From assembly GCF_000143415.4 (NCBI RefSeq), contig NW_003314295.1, positions 747,038-811,037 of the forward strand: 64,000 nt of DNA. The letters run 5' to 3'. The position numbers and the translations under genes were made by a program. The first letter of the stretch is position 1. Every line of letters begins with the position of its first letter. Under the pieces are notes generated by a model. That model saw only the letters and a program-made list of their open reading frames with translations. It was not told the DNA's origin and made no database searches. Shown here piece by piece: positions 24,218 through 36,443 of this stretch. The stretch comes from Selaginella moellendorffii. Lineage: Eukaryota > Plantae > Lycopodiophyta.

Positions 24218-25436
24218 ATGCAGGCCGGGGTCGTGAAATGCAAGGTCTTCCCTCGCTTGGCGCAGGCGTCGCAGCTGTTGGAGAGGAATGCCGGCCTTGC
24301 ATCGCTCTACAAGCGAGCGTCGGGCATTCACACGACGCCGGCGGTGGAGGTAGCGCAGCCGACGAGGATCAGCTGCGCAATGGGTGGGCCGCGATCTATG
24401 GATAGGCCCCGCCGTCGCCCAAATTTCGATAGGCCGGGCGATACTCCCCCGACTCCGCCGCCGCCGCCGCCGCCAGAGCCTCTCAGCGGCCAGGTCAAGT
24501 ACAGGATCTCGGAGAACTGCGTCATGGCGATCTGGAAGGGCGACATTGCCTTGTGGCACGTCGATGGACAAAACGATTGCATTGTAAGGCTTTTTTTTTT
24601 CTTGTCTCGTTTTCGTGATGGTTCTCATGTCTTCTTTTGCTTTCCAGGTTGCTCCTGCGAACAAGCGATGCAATGCCGGATTTGGAGTCGATGGAGGTGA
24701 GTTTTGATCGGTTTTTCACCATTCTAAGGAAGCTCTTTTTTTTTTGTTGTTGTTCTAGCTATTCACCGTGGAGGAGGACCACGTCTTCTGGATGCTTGCC
24801 AGAAGCTCCCGGACGTAGCACCGCAAGGCATCAAATGCGAGGTCGGGAATGCTGTGATCACAAGGTGGGTGTAGCAAGGCCTTCTCTCGGGATTCGTTGT
24901 CTTATGTTTGTTTCGTGGTTGCCAGGGGATTCAATCTTCCTGCTTCTCGTGTGATTCACGCGATTGGTCCCGTCTACGAGGACAAGAACCGAGACGAGTC
25001 GGAGAGAAACCTCACCAATGCATACAAGTAAGACTCTTCTTCGATCAGAAAAAAGATGTTTTTAATCCCTCGGTGGTTATAGGAGTGCTATCGCGTTAGC
25101 TCTCAAGGAAAGCATCAGATTCATGGCGTTCCCTGCGCTCTCCTGTGAACTCTACGGGTAATTCTCGTCTTTCTAAGAGTTTCGAGTCCAAAAAATCGTC
25201 TTTTTTTCCAGATATCCTTACGACGAGGGAGCCGAAGTCGCATTGAACGCTGTGATAAAAAACCACCATGGATTGTCTGAGGTATATGAAGTTGGAGCTA
25301 GAACCTTTTTTCATTTTTCTTTTCTTTTTGTTCTCTCCAGGTCCATTTCATTATCAAGGCACAGGATGGATACGATTCCTGGATCGACGAGGCCAAGAGG
25401 ATGTTTAGACACCAGCCACAGGCACTGATGCAGTAG
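24218..25436 (+). CDS. Divergent MacroD-type macrodomain protein with putative plastid transit peptide (paralogue A)
   Basis: 7 exons: WKGDIALWHVDGQNDCI/VAPANKRCNAGFGVDG/AIHRGGGP.../VIHAIGPVY/MAFPALSCELYG/YP.../VHFII. Confidence 0.9.
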
Positions 25437-25825
25437 CAGCAAAGTTGCGAGAGCTCTATTCCTCTTAACACAGTCTGTAGCTAGAAACTACGTTAAATTT
25501 CAATCTGGAAAATGTGTGCCGATCCAACGGCTGTGGCTCGCTCTCTACTTTGTATCCATCGGATGCCATTGCCCAGTTGTTATGCGGTGGAATATCCACA
25601 TGAAGCAGGATATTTGAAAGAGAGCTCGAGGAAGCAAAGCGCTAGGGCAGCGCAAAGGCGCAGGCGCGCGAGGCGTTGGAGGTCAGTCATTTCTTCTGCG
25701 CTTGGATGTAGATTCGTTAGCGCGCTTTCATCCGGGCCAGAAATCTCCCAGGGTTTTGGGTTTTGGCTGGAAATCTCGCATTCTTCTCGCCCTGTTCCTT
25801 TCTAGGATTTCTTCCGGCACTCACA

Positions 25826-27115
25826 ATGGCCGCATTCTTGTGTGAAACAATCGCAGGGAAGATGGGGGCCGTGGGAGTGGTCCAAGCTTCGCAGTTCCTG
25901 GGCGCGGTGAAATCGCCGCCAGGTCTATCATCGCTAACGCAACACACCCAGCTCGTTGGGTCGAGCATTCGCAGGAAGAACAGCATCCACACGCAGCCAT
26001 CGCTTCACATCAATTGCGCCATGGGCGGGCCTCGCTCGGCGGGAATGGATCGGCCTCGCAGGAGACCAAACTTCGATCGTCCCAGTGGAGAGAAGCCCGT
26101 TCCTCCGCCGCCACCTCCGCCAGAGCCCCTCACTGGGGCGGTCAAGTATAAGCTCTCGGATACGTGCACCATGGTGATTTGGAAGGGCGACTTGGGACTG
26201 TGGTATATCGATGGACAAAACGATGCTGTGGTAAGCAAAGCTTTTGCGTCTAGGCTTTTCTTTTCTCGCTCTTTTTTCTCTCGAAGAAGTCTGAAGTTCA
26301 TGTTCGTTTTTTTTTCTTCTTCGTTTTCCTAGGTGGCTCCTGCGAACAAAAGATGCAATGCTGGATATGGTGTCGATGGAAGTAAGCTTTGATGCGCTTT
26401 AAAAGCCAGGAAAACATCGAGCTAAAAGTTTCTAAATGGCAGCTATCCATCGCTTTGCGGGTCCGAGGTTGCTTGATACTTGCCAGAAGTTACCCGACGT
26501 AGCACCTCAAGGGATCAAGTGCGAGGTCGGTCAGGCTGTGATCACAAGGTAAAGCTCTCTCTTTTTTATCTTAGAGTCTTGTCCACTTCATTCTTCCTTT
26601 CTTGCAGGGGTTTTAATCTCCAGGCGTCTCGTGTGATTCACGCTGTTGGTCCTGTTTACGAGGAGAAAAATCGAGACGAGTCCGAGAAAATGCTAACCAA
26701 GGCCTATGTGTAAGTGTCTACTATGATGATCTGGAGCTGGATTTTGGCATTCTCTAAACTTATTCGTTCTTTTTCTCAGTGCTGCTTTGAATCTGGCAAC
26801 TTCTAATGGCATTAAGTACATCGCATTTCCAGCTTTGTCTTGCGAGCTCTACGGGTATGTTTCGTAGAAAAACTAGAAAAGCTCAAGAGCTTGCATTCAC
26901 CAGGTATCCCCACGACGAGGGAGCTGAGGTTGGTCTTACGGCTTTGAGGAAGAACTGGGCTGGTTTTCAAGAGGTTTGTTTGATTCAATCTCTCGCATTT
27001 CTTTGTGGAATTCATGGTTTTGGATGGGTGTTTATAGATCCACTTTGTACTCAAGAATCCAGACGCTTATGAAGCGTGGCTAGACGAAGCAAAAAGAATG
27101 TGGAGGTTTGGCTAA
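25826..27115 (+). CDS. Divergent MacroD-type macrodomain protein with putative plastid transit peptide (paralogue B)
   Basis: Same 7-exon layout: WKGDLGLWYIDGQNDAV/VAPANKRCNAGYGVDG/.../VIHAVGPVY/IAFPALSCELYG/YPHDEGA/IHFVL. Confidence 0.9.
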
Positions 27116-27281
27116 AACTTTACACACTATAGAGAATTTAAAATTATGCTTTTTGGATATTCTTATCTCGAGCCCGATCAATCTACGCCGCCGACTTACA
27201 ACGGCTGGATGAGATTAAATTTGAATTTGTGCTTTTTGGATATTCTTACCTCGAACCCTAGATTTTAGAGCGAGAAGAGAG

Positions 27282-30200
27282 ATGGGGATAGTGCTGTCGA
27301 TATGCTTCGAATGGTCAGCTCCGACGCTCGCCCCCGCCATGTCACTCAAGAGCGCCTCACTCCGGCGTCTTCGATCTCTCACGCCCTGGGCGATCCAGGT
27401 GATTCCAAGCATGGATCGGCAAAGGCGCGCTTCACAGATTCTAGGTTTTGCAGGATAGCAGGGAATTTCTGGTGAGAACGAAGAAATTTGCCATCAAGGA
27501 GCACATACAATGCAAGTTTGAGGGTCTCGGATCCTCGGAACGCTGCCGATGCGAAGATTTCAAGCAGCAAAAGGGGCAGCCAGCGATTGTGGGACTCCAT
27601 TCCAACTGGGTGACTGATAACATAGTAGCTACAGCTCGTCCATCGGATGCTCTCATCGGTGATTATTCCGTGCTAGAACAGGTAAGAACGTGAATCTCAG
27701 AGTAAATACTACTACTGTTGTTGCATGGACAGTTTGCAAAATGCGGTTTAGGTGCGATTTTCAATCTACAAGAGCCTGGCGAGCATGGAGATTGTGGACC
27801 AGGAATCAAAGTCGAGAGTGGATTTTCATACACACCAGAAAGTCTCATGAGAAACAAGAGTAACTCCCGTTATGCTCCAGTGTTTATTGTTTTTTTCTTC
27901 TTTTTTTCGGTGATTTGGCAGTCTTCTATTATAACTTTCCATGGAGGGACATGACTTGCCCGAGCGTCGAGTACACTCTGAACATTGTGGCAGTGATGGA
28001 TTTCCACATTTCTAAGGGAGCTAAGGTTTGTTTTGTGATCTTTGCGACCTTCGCGATCTTCAGAAGAGTTTTTCTATGCAGGTAGCTGTTCACTGTCATT
28101 CCGGACTTGGTAAGTTACTTTCATCTCATTGTAAGCAGCTTTCTTACGGTTCGTTTGCCACAGGACGCACTGGGCTTGTGATTGCTTGCTACTTGGTGTA
28201 CACGGGGCAAAGGAATGCTGTCGGAGTACGTTCTCTTGCAGTTAGATCTTCTTTTTACGAGCTAAATGCAGCTTTTTCCTGTGGCTCAGGCTGTGGAGCT
28301 GGTCCGCATGCATAGGTTTGCCACCATTTTCCCAAGCGATTCAACATATTTCTGTGCGTATTTAATCAAAAGTCTTAGCACACTGAGGCGTGAACTTACA
28401 TGCATTTTACAGACCAGGAGCTCTTCAAACAAAACAACAAGTGCTGCACGTGAAAGAGTTTGAGGACTTTCTATCAGGATTGAAGATTGTGTACGTGCAG
28501 CCTTGGCAAACTCTGGACAATGCCGGTACCAAAGGAACGCATCCGACGCTAGAAATTTTGATGGCAAGGCAAAGACAAATGCTTCATGGGGAAGAAAGTC
28601 GCCTTCTCCGATATACTCCAAAGGTAACAGAGGTCTAGCGCTTTTGTTGAGGACTTTCTTGGTACAGGTTTTGGTGTGTTTGGTTCGGGAGCTTTCAAGC
28701 CGTATTGTTTTGAGCAAAATCAACAAAGAAGCAGTCGCTTCTGCTCTTTTGCAAGGATTGGCACTTGAGATGACAACCGAAAAAGATCAAAACTTCATCT
28801 CAGACGTACAAACGGCGAAGGTATCAATAACTTTTTGTGGATGTATACTATTTGCCGTCCATAATCATGCAGAAAAAGCTAAACACGGGCAATTGGGAGG
28901 TACTTTGTAGCCTCGATGTTCGAATACTTGTGCAGCTGTTTCTAGATTGGTTTTACCTTCTTAAGGTCTGAGCAACTTCTTGTTCCTAGTAGCGCTCAGA
29001 CCAGCGTTTCTGGCAGGATCCCATAATCCCCGATGCAGCTTTAAGCAAAGCGTTAAGTCGTGGCGAGATTCGAGCTGCAAATTACGAGCTAAAGAAAGGT
29101 GGCAAGTGTTGCTTTTACACAATCAGGCTGTTGGCTTGCTGGATGCTTCAGGTACTATTTCCCTTTACTCCGTCGCAACTGCGCAACAACTATCTATGAC
29201 AGGTTGTTCCGGCAGAAAAAGACATGCGACGCAGATTGTTTAGCGGCTTGGCACATTTATTACTTCGACCGTCGAGTCTGGCCAGCGAGGGAAAAGTAGA
29301 GCTCTTGGACAAGATTGTAGATCCATTAAATCAGGAACATCAGAAGACGGTGGAGAGAAGCAGCACCTTTTCTCCATCGCTGCTGGAGGTAGAGTTCGGT
29401 TTGCTTTTGGAGGCGGCTGCGAAATACTGGTACAAAGTTTTGCTCCTGCAACGCAAGCTCGGCCCACTAAGCTCCATCAGTCCCAAGCTGAAAACAACCA
29501 AGAGCGACGACTTATGGGTGTACGACAAGGCTGGTATCGAGGCAGAGATTTGTAGCAATCCGGAGAGCGTCGAGGAGCTGCAAAGTGGCAACGAAGACGT
29601 CCAAGAATACATGTCAACTGTTTGTGTAGAAGATATCATCGACGAGGTCTCGTCTAGCGGACAGCTCGTCTTACCGAGCGCAACCTCCACTCCCATATCA
29701 TCGAGGCCGGAATCCAGCAATGTGTCAACTCCTCACAGAGGCTGACATGACTCCGGCAAAGCGAGCTAGCATCTCTTTTAGCGGGGGGGCTTAAAGCGAC
29801 TCACAGGCATCTCGGGGAGCTTGCGACACGTATGTGAAAGTGGCAGTGGTTACTGTGAAGGCATCGATCACAAAGCAAGGTTGTCACAGGTAGAGTGGAA
29901 CAGGAAAGTTGAGAAGCGATGGATCGTATATGTGAAAGTAAAGGTACTTCAAAAGCAGCCGAGTCAACAGGGGAGAAATAAAGGCGTAAACTTTTCATCG
30001 CTCTCGTGTCCAGCTCAGAGGAGAAATCGGTTTCTTCCTTGTTCTTCGACTCCTCAACTTCGCGGAACGAGCGCGTTGATAGAATCTTTGCACACCGGGG
30101 AGTCAAAAGAGGTAACGTGTTGCTTTTTCTAGTTCTCGTTTTGTCTTTGCCTCACCTATCTTATAATATAATCAGATCGATCGATCGATTGGTGGAGCAA

Positions 30201-30483
30201 TGGCTAAGTGATCATCGATCATATACGATTATCACGCTACAGCTTCAAAGCTACCAAAGCTCTACAACTTGACTGTTCGACTGTGCATAAGGTAAGTCTA
30301 CCTCTCATCCATTGTGACTTGACAGATTGTTTTCTCGTTGTTGGTAGGATTGACTCAACGCCCCCAGGATTCGACGCTTCTTCGCCTCGTCTCAGAGACA
30401 CAAAATGGTTGTGTTCCTTGAACCGTGCTCGCGAGCTCGACAAAACACAATCGGATCAGAGCCATAAAAAGCCTCTCGCGTGA
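27282..30483 (+). CDS. PTPDC1: Protein tyrosine phosphatase domain-containing protein 1-like dual-specificity phosphatase
   Basis: AIVGLHSNWVTDNIVATARPS, IFNLQEPGEHGDCG...SGFSYTPE, YYNFPWRDM, VAVHCHSGLGRTGLVIACYL (CX5R) and RPGALQT; 3' exon structure uncertain. Confidence 0.85.
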
Positions 30484-31597
30484 CAATCCTCAAACATAAT
30501 CCGGACGTTGACACGGCGAGATCAAACTTTATTTTGTAGCTGGGAAAGAGAAGCGAAAGTTGCTAATGAGCGCTGAGAAAAGCGCGGCTGTCTTTGTCGA
30601 CGAACACCACACTGTTGAGTTTTATCGCTGCTCCCAGATCGGCTGCTGGCACGATTGGCCCTCGCGATCAAAAAAAGAAAAGAAAAATCTCTCGCACGAG
30701 AGGTGGTCCAGATAATCACATCGATCGTACCGGAGTGAGCGGTCGAGGTGAATAGAAACACAAGTATGCGTTGCTGGTGCTAGTCTGTCGAAGATCCCTC
30801 TATCGTGAATCTAAACTTCCAGAAGGTGAAACTTCTCCCCTTCGTAAGCAAAAACAACCAAGATGAGCGAAGGCTCCACCGCCAAAGAAAGGTCTATAGC
30901 TTTAGTGGAAGTTTTTGCTCGCTTTAGCACCTAGCGCGAAGAACTTAGCACCGAACTTGGAGCTATCCCTGCCACCAAACGATGCGGAAGCGAGCAAAGT
31001 CTTGGCAGGTAAAGCTGTGGGGCTTTCAACACGGGAAGAAAGCCCTTCTTTTTGTTTGTGAGTGTGTGTCTTCTACAATGGCAGGAGAGGACCACTCTAC
31101 CCTATATGTGAAGGAGCTCCAGTCGAAAGTTTTTGCGTGATCTAGTGGCGCTTACATCAACTTGAGCGATCCAAACTAATGGAAAGGGCCAACAAAATGG
31201 GAGAGTATGAAAGGTTAACAAATATAGGACCACTTTTTTGTGCCATTTTTTCTAAACATGTAAAAAGGGAAAATTTTCTCCTGGAGAATCAAGGAGATAA
31301 AGATACCGAAAAAGAAGAGATGTATCATGTACAACGTTATAATCTCCCACCTAATCGAGAGGATCGAAAGGAAAAAAAAGAACAAAACTAAGAATCGATC
31401 GATCGATAATTACTTTTTTCCCCTCGCGTTTTAATCTTCTTTCTTCGCTGCCTTGCCGTTGCCTTGTCGTTGTTCCTGTGTTGATTACCTCCAGCTATAA
31501 GCTGCTGTACACGAGAGAGAAACTTGGGAGAAGTCGATCAGCGAGCGAGCGACCCCACCTTGTCACTCCCAAGATCCCCACCTTGCCAGATCCTCCA

Positions 31598-33027
31598 TCA
31601 AAACTCGCCAAAACAATCCCGCTCGCGATTATCCGAGAACTCGTACGAGATCGTCGACGAGGAGCTACGCCGGCTGTCAATCTCCTCCTCCTCTTTCCTC
31701 ATCGAGGACGAGCTCACCTTGGAGGAGCTCCAACTCATGGTGGTGGCCGGGGTGGACTGGATCGTGGTTGCCGGCATCGTTTGCTTGAGCAGCTCGTCCA
31801 CTGTCACCACCTCCATCCTCTCCTCATCAATCGCCAGAGGCTCCGGAACCCACGGTGGACGGGCGACGTGTTGGATTGCCTCCCAGTCCACGCCCCGGAA
31901 GAAAGCGTGTGACTTGATCTCCTCGGCGCCACCTTGGCACCCCAGCCTCTTGGTCGGGTCTTTCGCCAGGAGCTTGGAGATCAAGTCGCTCGCCTCTGTC
32001 CAGTCCCCAGGAAATGCCGGCTGCGAGCTCAGGATGTTTAGAAACGTCTCCCTCCGGTTCCTCCCCTTGAACGGCGTCACCCCGTAGATCATCTCGTAGA
32101 GGAAGATCCCAAGTGTCCACCAGTCGAGCGGCTTGCCGTGCCCGGATCCCAGGATCATCTCCGGGGCGACGTACTCCTCGGTTCCCACAAAGGACTGCGA
32201 CTTGATTTCCTTGGCGGCTGCCGCCGCTGCGGCAGCTCCTTTCCTTCCTCTCATCTCCGAGGGAAAGATTTTCTTTGTTGGGCGATGAGACGGCTTAACG
32301 TCCACCGCCTTGCGAGCAGCGCATCCGACATCCACTGACAGGGGCGTTGAGCACATGAATGGAAGGTTCTTCATCTTTTTTTGCTTGGGCTGCGGAGCTG
32401 GAGCTGGAGCTGGAGCTCCAGGATGATGGTGGTGGTCACGGTCCTGCTCGATCCTCACGGACAGATCGAAATCCGTAAGCATTATGTGACCATCTTCCTG
32501 GATGAGAACGTTCTCGGGCTTGAGATCCCTGTATATGATCCCGGCCTTGTGGAGATACTCGATCGCTAGGCAAACCTCCGCGGCATAGAATCTGGAAGGG
32601 AAAAGGAAAGGCAAAGTAAGAAAACCAGAACTTCTCGGATGAGAGCTTTCGCTTACCGAGCGGCATTCTCCGAGAATCGTTTCTCGGGCTGGCGCTGCCG
32701 GAGCCTGTTCATGTCACCCCCGGGGCAGTAATCCATGACGAAGTAGATGTTCTTCTTGGACTCGAAATGGCTGAAAAGCTTGGGCGTGAAAGGATGAGAG
32801 AGCATCGAGAGTATCTCCAGCTCCCTCTCCACTCGGTACTGGTTGTGCCGGGCCTTCACCACCTCCTTGTTCATCACTTTCATCGCCAGGGGCTGTCCCG
32901 TGTTTCTCAGCGTCGCCAGAAACACCGTCCCCATGTCGCCATACCCAAGCCTCTTGAGCGCGTTGAAATCGTCGGATTCGTAGCCCGGCACGAGATCGGA
33001 GCCATGGCTATCGCTCCTCGACAGCAT
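31598..33027 (-). CDS. AGCVIII Ser/Thr kinase, AGC2 (OXI1/UNICORN-like) group
   Basis: GYGDMG, YRDLKPEN, DFD with activation-segment insertion, SFVGTEEY, C-terminal FGEF (FxxF PIF motif); one intron at about 32593-32657. Confidence 0.92.
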
Positions 33028-33589
33028 TTCGATCGAAATCTTGCCAAATTCCGTGAATTCCCCGCAGGATATCCCTGGATCGGCGATATTTCCTTCACAG
33101 ACCCCCTCTCAGCTCGCCGCCTAAGCCCTGTGACCGAATCGCGCCGTGAAGGGAAAGAAATCTACTAGATCGCTGGACGAAGAAGAATCGCAGAAACCCG
33201 CAGCTACAATACCTTGGCATTGTGACCGATCATCAAAGTCACAGCCGGGGAAGAACTAGAGATCGCGCAAAAACCTAGCGCCTTCGTCTTCTCCTTCTTC
33301 TTCCTTTCGAAAGAAAGACCGCCTTATAAATATAGGCGAAAAGTGCGCCACGTGTCCGCTGGCGGGAAAACCCCGTAAATTCGTGCGGCCTCCACCGAAA
33401 CCGTTGGATGTGACGCAGGCGCGCCGTTGGATCCGGGATTTGCAGATATTGTTTGTGGGATCTGATCACTAGTTTTTTGCCTTTGGAGATTTAGGGCTTA
33501 TAAACTTTGAATGCAATAGATCACTCACTGTTGCTTATCAACTTTGGAGATTATTTGCGATACAATACACTAATGCGCCCAACTAGATC

Positions 33590-35712
33590 ATTCCAACTCG
33601 AATCTCTTACACTCCAAAGTTGAGATTGGGTATCTGGCGACCAATGTTTTCTAATCTTTCCAAATCGAGTTGACGATCGATCAATCGAAAGATATCATAT
33701 AATGCGAGGGAACGAACAGATCGTGCGCGCGCGTATCATCGCTATCTTTGGGTCAAAAGCTTCCCACACGTTGTCAAATGCCCATGCCAGTTGCCAGATT
33801 TGGACCTCCTCACCAAACAAATCCCATCCCACGTTTAATTTTTTTTGTCAACAGGTGCGTCTTTCGTGAGAAAGAATCTCTTGGAAGAATGGTTGTTACC
33901 GTATTTAATACGCCAAGAGAAGAGAAGAAAAAACAAATATATACCTTTGATTCTTAAGGCGGTGATAAGAGGATTCGCCTTTAAGCTCGACTTTAAGCTC
34001 AGCTGGTCTGGAATGCGGCTGGAGCGTCAAACTGGAGTGAGCGTGGCGAGCTCTTTGTTTGATCCCTGGCAAAGAAACCACCATCAGCAGTTCCATCTAA
34101 CAAGAGGAACCTCTAAAGGCTCGTAAGAGATGAGGAGCATACCTCTTTGACGACCATGCGCTTGTAAGCCGTGAAGCTACCGTACGCGGAGGAGCTTTTC
34201 TCCGCGGGCTCCATGCTGCTCGCCATCGATCAGCGTCACCGTCCCTGAGGATGGATGCTTTTGCTGCTCTAGTCGTGGGAGAACTCGCTGCTGTTGGACG
34301 CGGACTTCGCACCGGCAGTGGCTGTGTTCTAGAAATCCTCAGGCTGCCGATGCGCGATCGCTGGCGATGGCGAGTGACACGGAAGAAGCCGTGAGCAGCC
34401 ACGAGGACGATGGCCACTGCCAAGGAGAGCTGGGAGGCTGGCGTCGTCGACCGCGGTAGAAGGTCGCCACTGACCAGCAAGCGAGGAGAATACGTCTGTA
34501 AGTCGTCGACGTTCTCAATCTCCGGAAGCTCGTCACCAACACTGGACAGGGCCTCGCCGCTGTGAACTTCACGTACAGTAGCAGCGTCGTCGTCACTTGA
34601 GGATTCCTGACTCTCCTTCTGCGGCCTTTGTGAACTCCAAAGACTCGCCAGCCAAGATGCTTCCCACATCATGATAAAACTCGACGTCTTCGTGTTCCAT
34701 CAGCTCCAAGTATCTCTGCTGGACGTCTCGCTCGGACCGTCATGAGCAGCGCATCCAGCTCCAAGGAATCCACCGAAAACAAACTGAGACCTGTGCTCTG
34801 ATTGCGAAAGCTCTCGCTTACATCGTAGTCAGGAGACCCTTCCCAGTCGTCGAAGTCAGCAAAGTCTCTTGTCACCAAGATGCTTAGTCCGAGTGAACTT
34901 CTGCCTTAAGGTGGGGACACTGCTTTCGCTCGCGATGTCTGTATCCGTTACATCGATTGCTACATAAACTTCCCAGCAGCAGAATGAATGATGCTGCTCT
35001 CAAAGTCGTGCCGAATGGCGCTTCCTCCTGTTCAGTCGCTACCACTTCACCATTTTCCTTCCCTTCTATCGTCTGGGTGATCGATCATCACCTAGCTTTT
35101 CCTGGAAATGGTCGTTCAAACTTTCCTGTGGTTCTTCAGTGGCTCGTACATCCTTCGGTAAGAACCTCGGTAGCAACATCTTCGACGTGAAACGAACGCT
35201 CTTCGTTGCTGAGACACTCTTCTTCGGCAAAACACTTCCATCACCCGTTGCGTTTTCTCCTCGAGACTTGAGAGACTAGATGGGACATTCCAGAGTCTCA
35301 CCTTCTTTAAGCTCGAGACTGCTGAGAAACTCCAGACGCCAGTCAAAACTTCGGCCTGGGAGTCCGCCAGTTCACCTTCGGATCATACCTGTTCACTCGA
35401 GCTCTCCGATGCATGGCTCTCGGCGGAGAAAGTGTAAACCACAAAGTTGGGCTTGGCGGAGACATCGACAGCGACGACAAGCTCTCGTCGCTGCTGCTAT
35501 CAGCACTGTAGAGAGCGATAATGCTCTTGGTGGTTCCTCGTCCACAGCACACCAGTCCTGTTCCTGGTTTTCCCGAAGGATCCTCTTGGAGCTGCTGGTC
35601 TTAGTCATGGAATTCCAGACCTTGAATTTTCCTCCACTATCCACAGCCGCATTCTCTTTGAACGATAAGTCAAGCCCGCCGATGATAGCTGTGAAGGCAA
35701 AGTCAGGGCTAG
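33590..35712 (-). pseudogene. Degenerate tandem duplicate of 36100-38280 (membrane-protein gene plus 3' part of the orphan ORF)
   Basis: Colinear high identity with many short deletions, frameshifts and loss of the 5' end. Confidence 0.9.
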
Positions 35713-35802
35713 AGTAGAAAGAATGGATTGCTTTTGCCTCTCTTCTTGTGCCTTCTTCTTTGCCTCTCTCTTCTTGTGCTTAATGGTGGAGCCTTTGCCT
35801 CT

Positions 35803-35820
35803 AAACCCTAAACCCTAAAC
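35803..35820 (+). promoter_or_regulatory. Telo-box/telomeric repeat (AAACCCT)x2
   Basis: aaaccctaaaccctaaac about 90 nt upstream of ATG 35908. Confidence 0.6.
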
Positions 35821-35907
35821 CAGCTCCCAGAAACATTCCTTTTCATTAATGAAGTGGTTCTCCGAGAAAGGAAAAACAGGACGATTACAAGCAGCCCTGG
35901 ACGCATG

Positions 35908-36369
35908 TCCGAGGAAGACAAGGAGCAAACCGTGTCAAACATCGCAAACCAGTTCATCCAAGAGCGTCAAATGGGCCTCTTCCGGAAATGCGATGGGGAT
36001 CGAGAAAAAGAAGTCGCCGAAACCGTATACCATGATCGCCTAAAGGAAAGCAAGTTTGCGGAACTCAGTTTTAATCCACGTGGCGCAGCAGCACAAGAAA
36101 CTCGAATTTCTTACACTGATTGGGTTTCGGGCGACCATGGTTTTCTAATCGAGTTGACGATCAATGACTCTAAAGATACCATACAATGCAAGGGATCGTA
36201 TCATCGTCCCCCGAGAATATGGGGATCGAATATGCAACATCAATATCTTTGGGTCAAAAGCCTCACACACGTTGTCAAATGCCTTTGCAAGTTGTTGGAT
36301 TTGGACTTTCTCACCAAACAAATCCCACGCTTCGTTTTTTTTGTCAACAGGTGCGCGAGAGATTCTTAA
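35908..36369 (+). CDS. Single-exon orphan protein (153 aa)
   Basis: Open frame from ATG 35908 downstream of a telo-box; the paralogous copy at 33590-33870 is decayed while this one is intact. Confidence 0.45.
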   Translation, partial: SEEDKEQTVSNIANQFIQERQMGLFRKCDGDREKEVAETVYHDRLKESKFAELSFNPRGAAAQETRISYTDWVSGDHGFLIELTINDSKDTIQCKGSYHRPPRIWGSNMQHQYLWVKSLTHVVKCLCKLLDLDFLTKQIPRFVFFVNRCARDS

Positions 36370-36443
36370 AACTGGATGGAAACGGTATTTATACACAAGA
36401 GAAGAGAAGTAAACTGATACATACCTTTGATTTCTTGTTTGAG

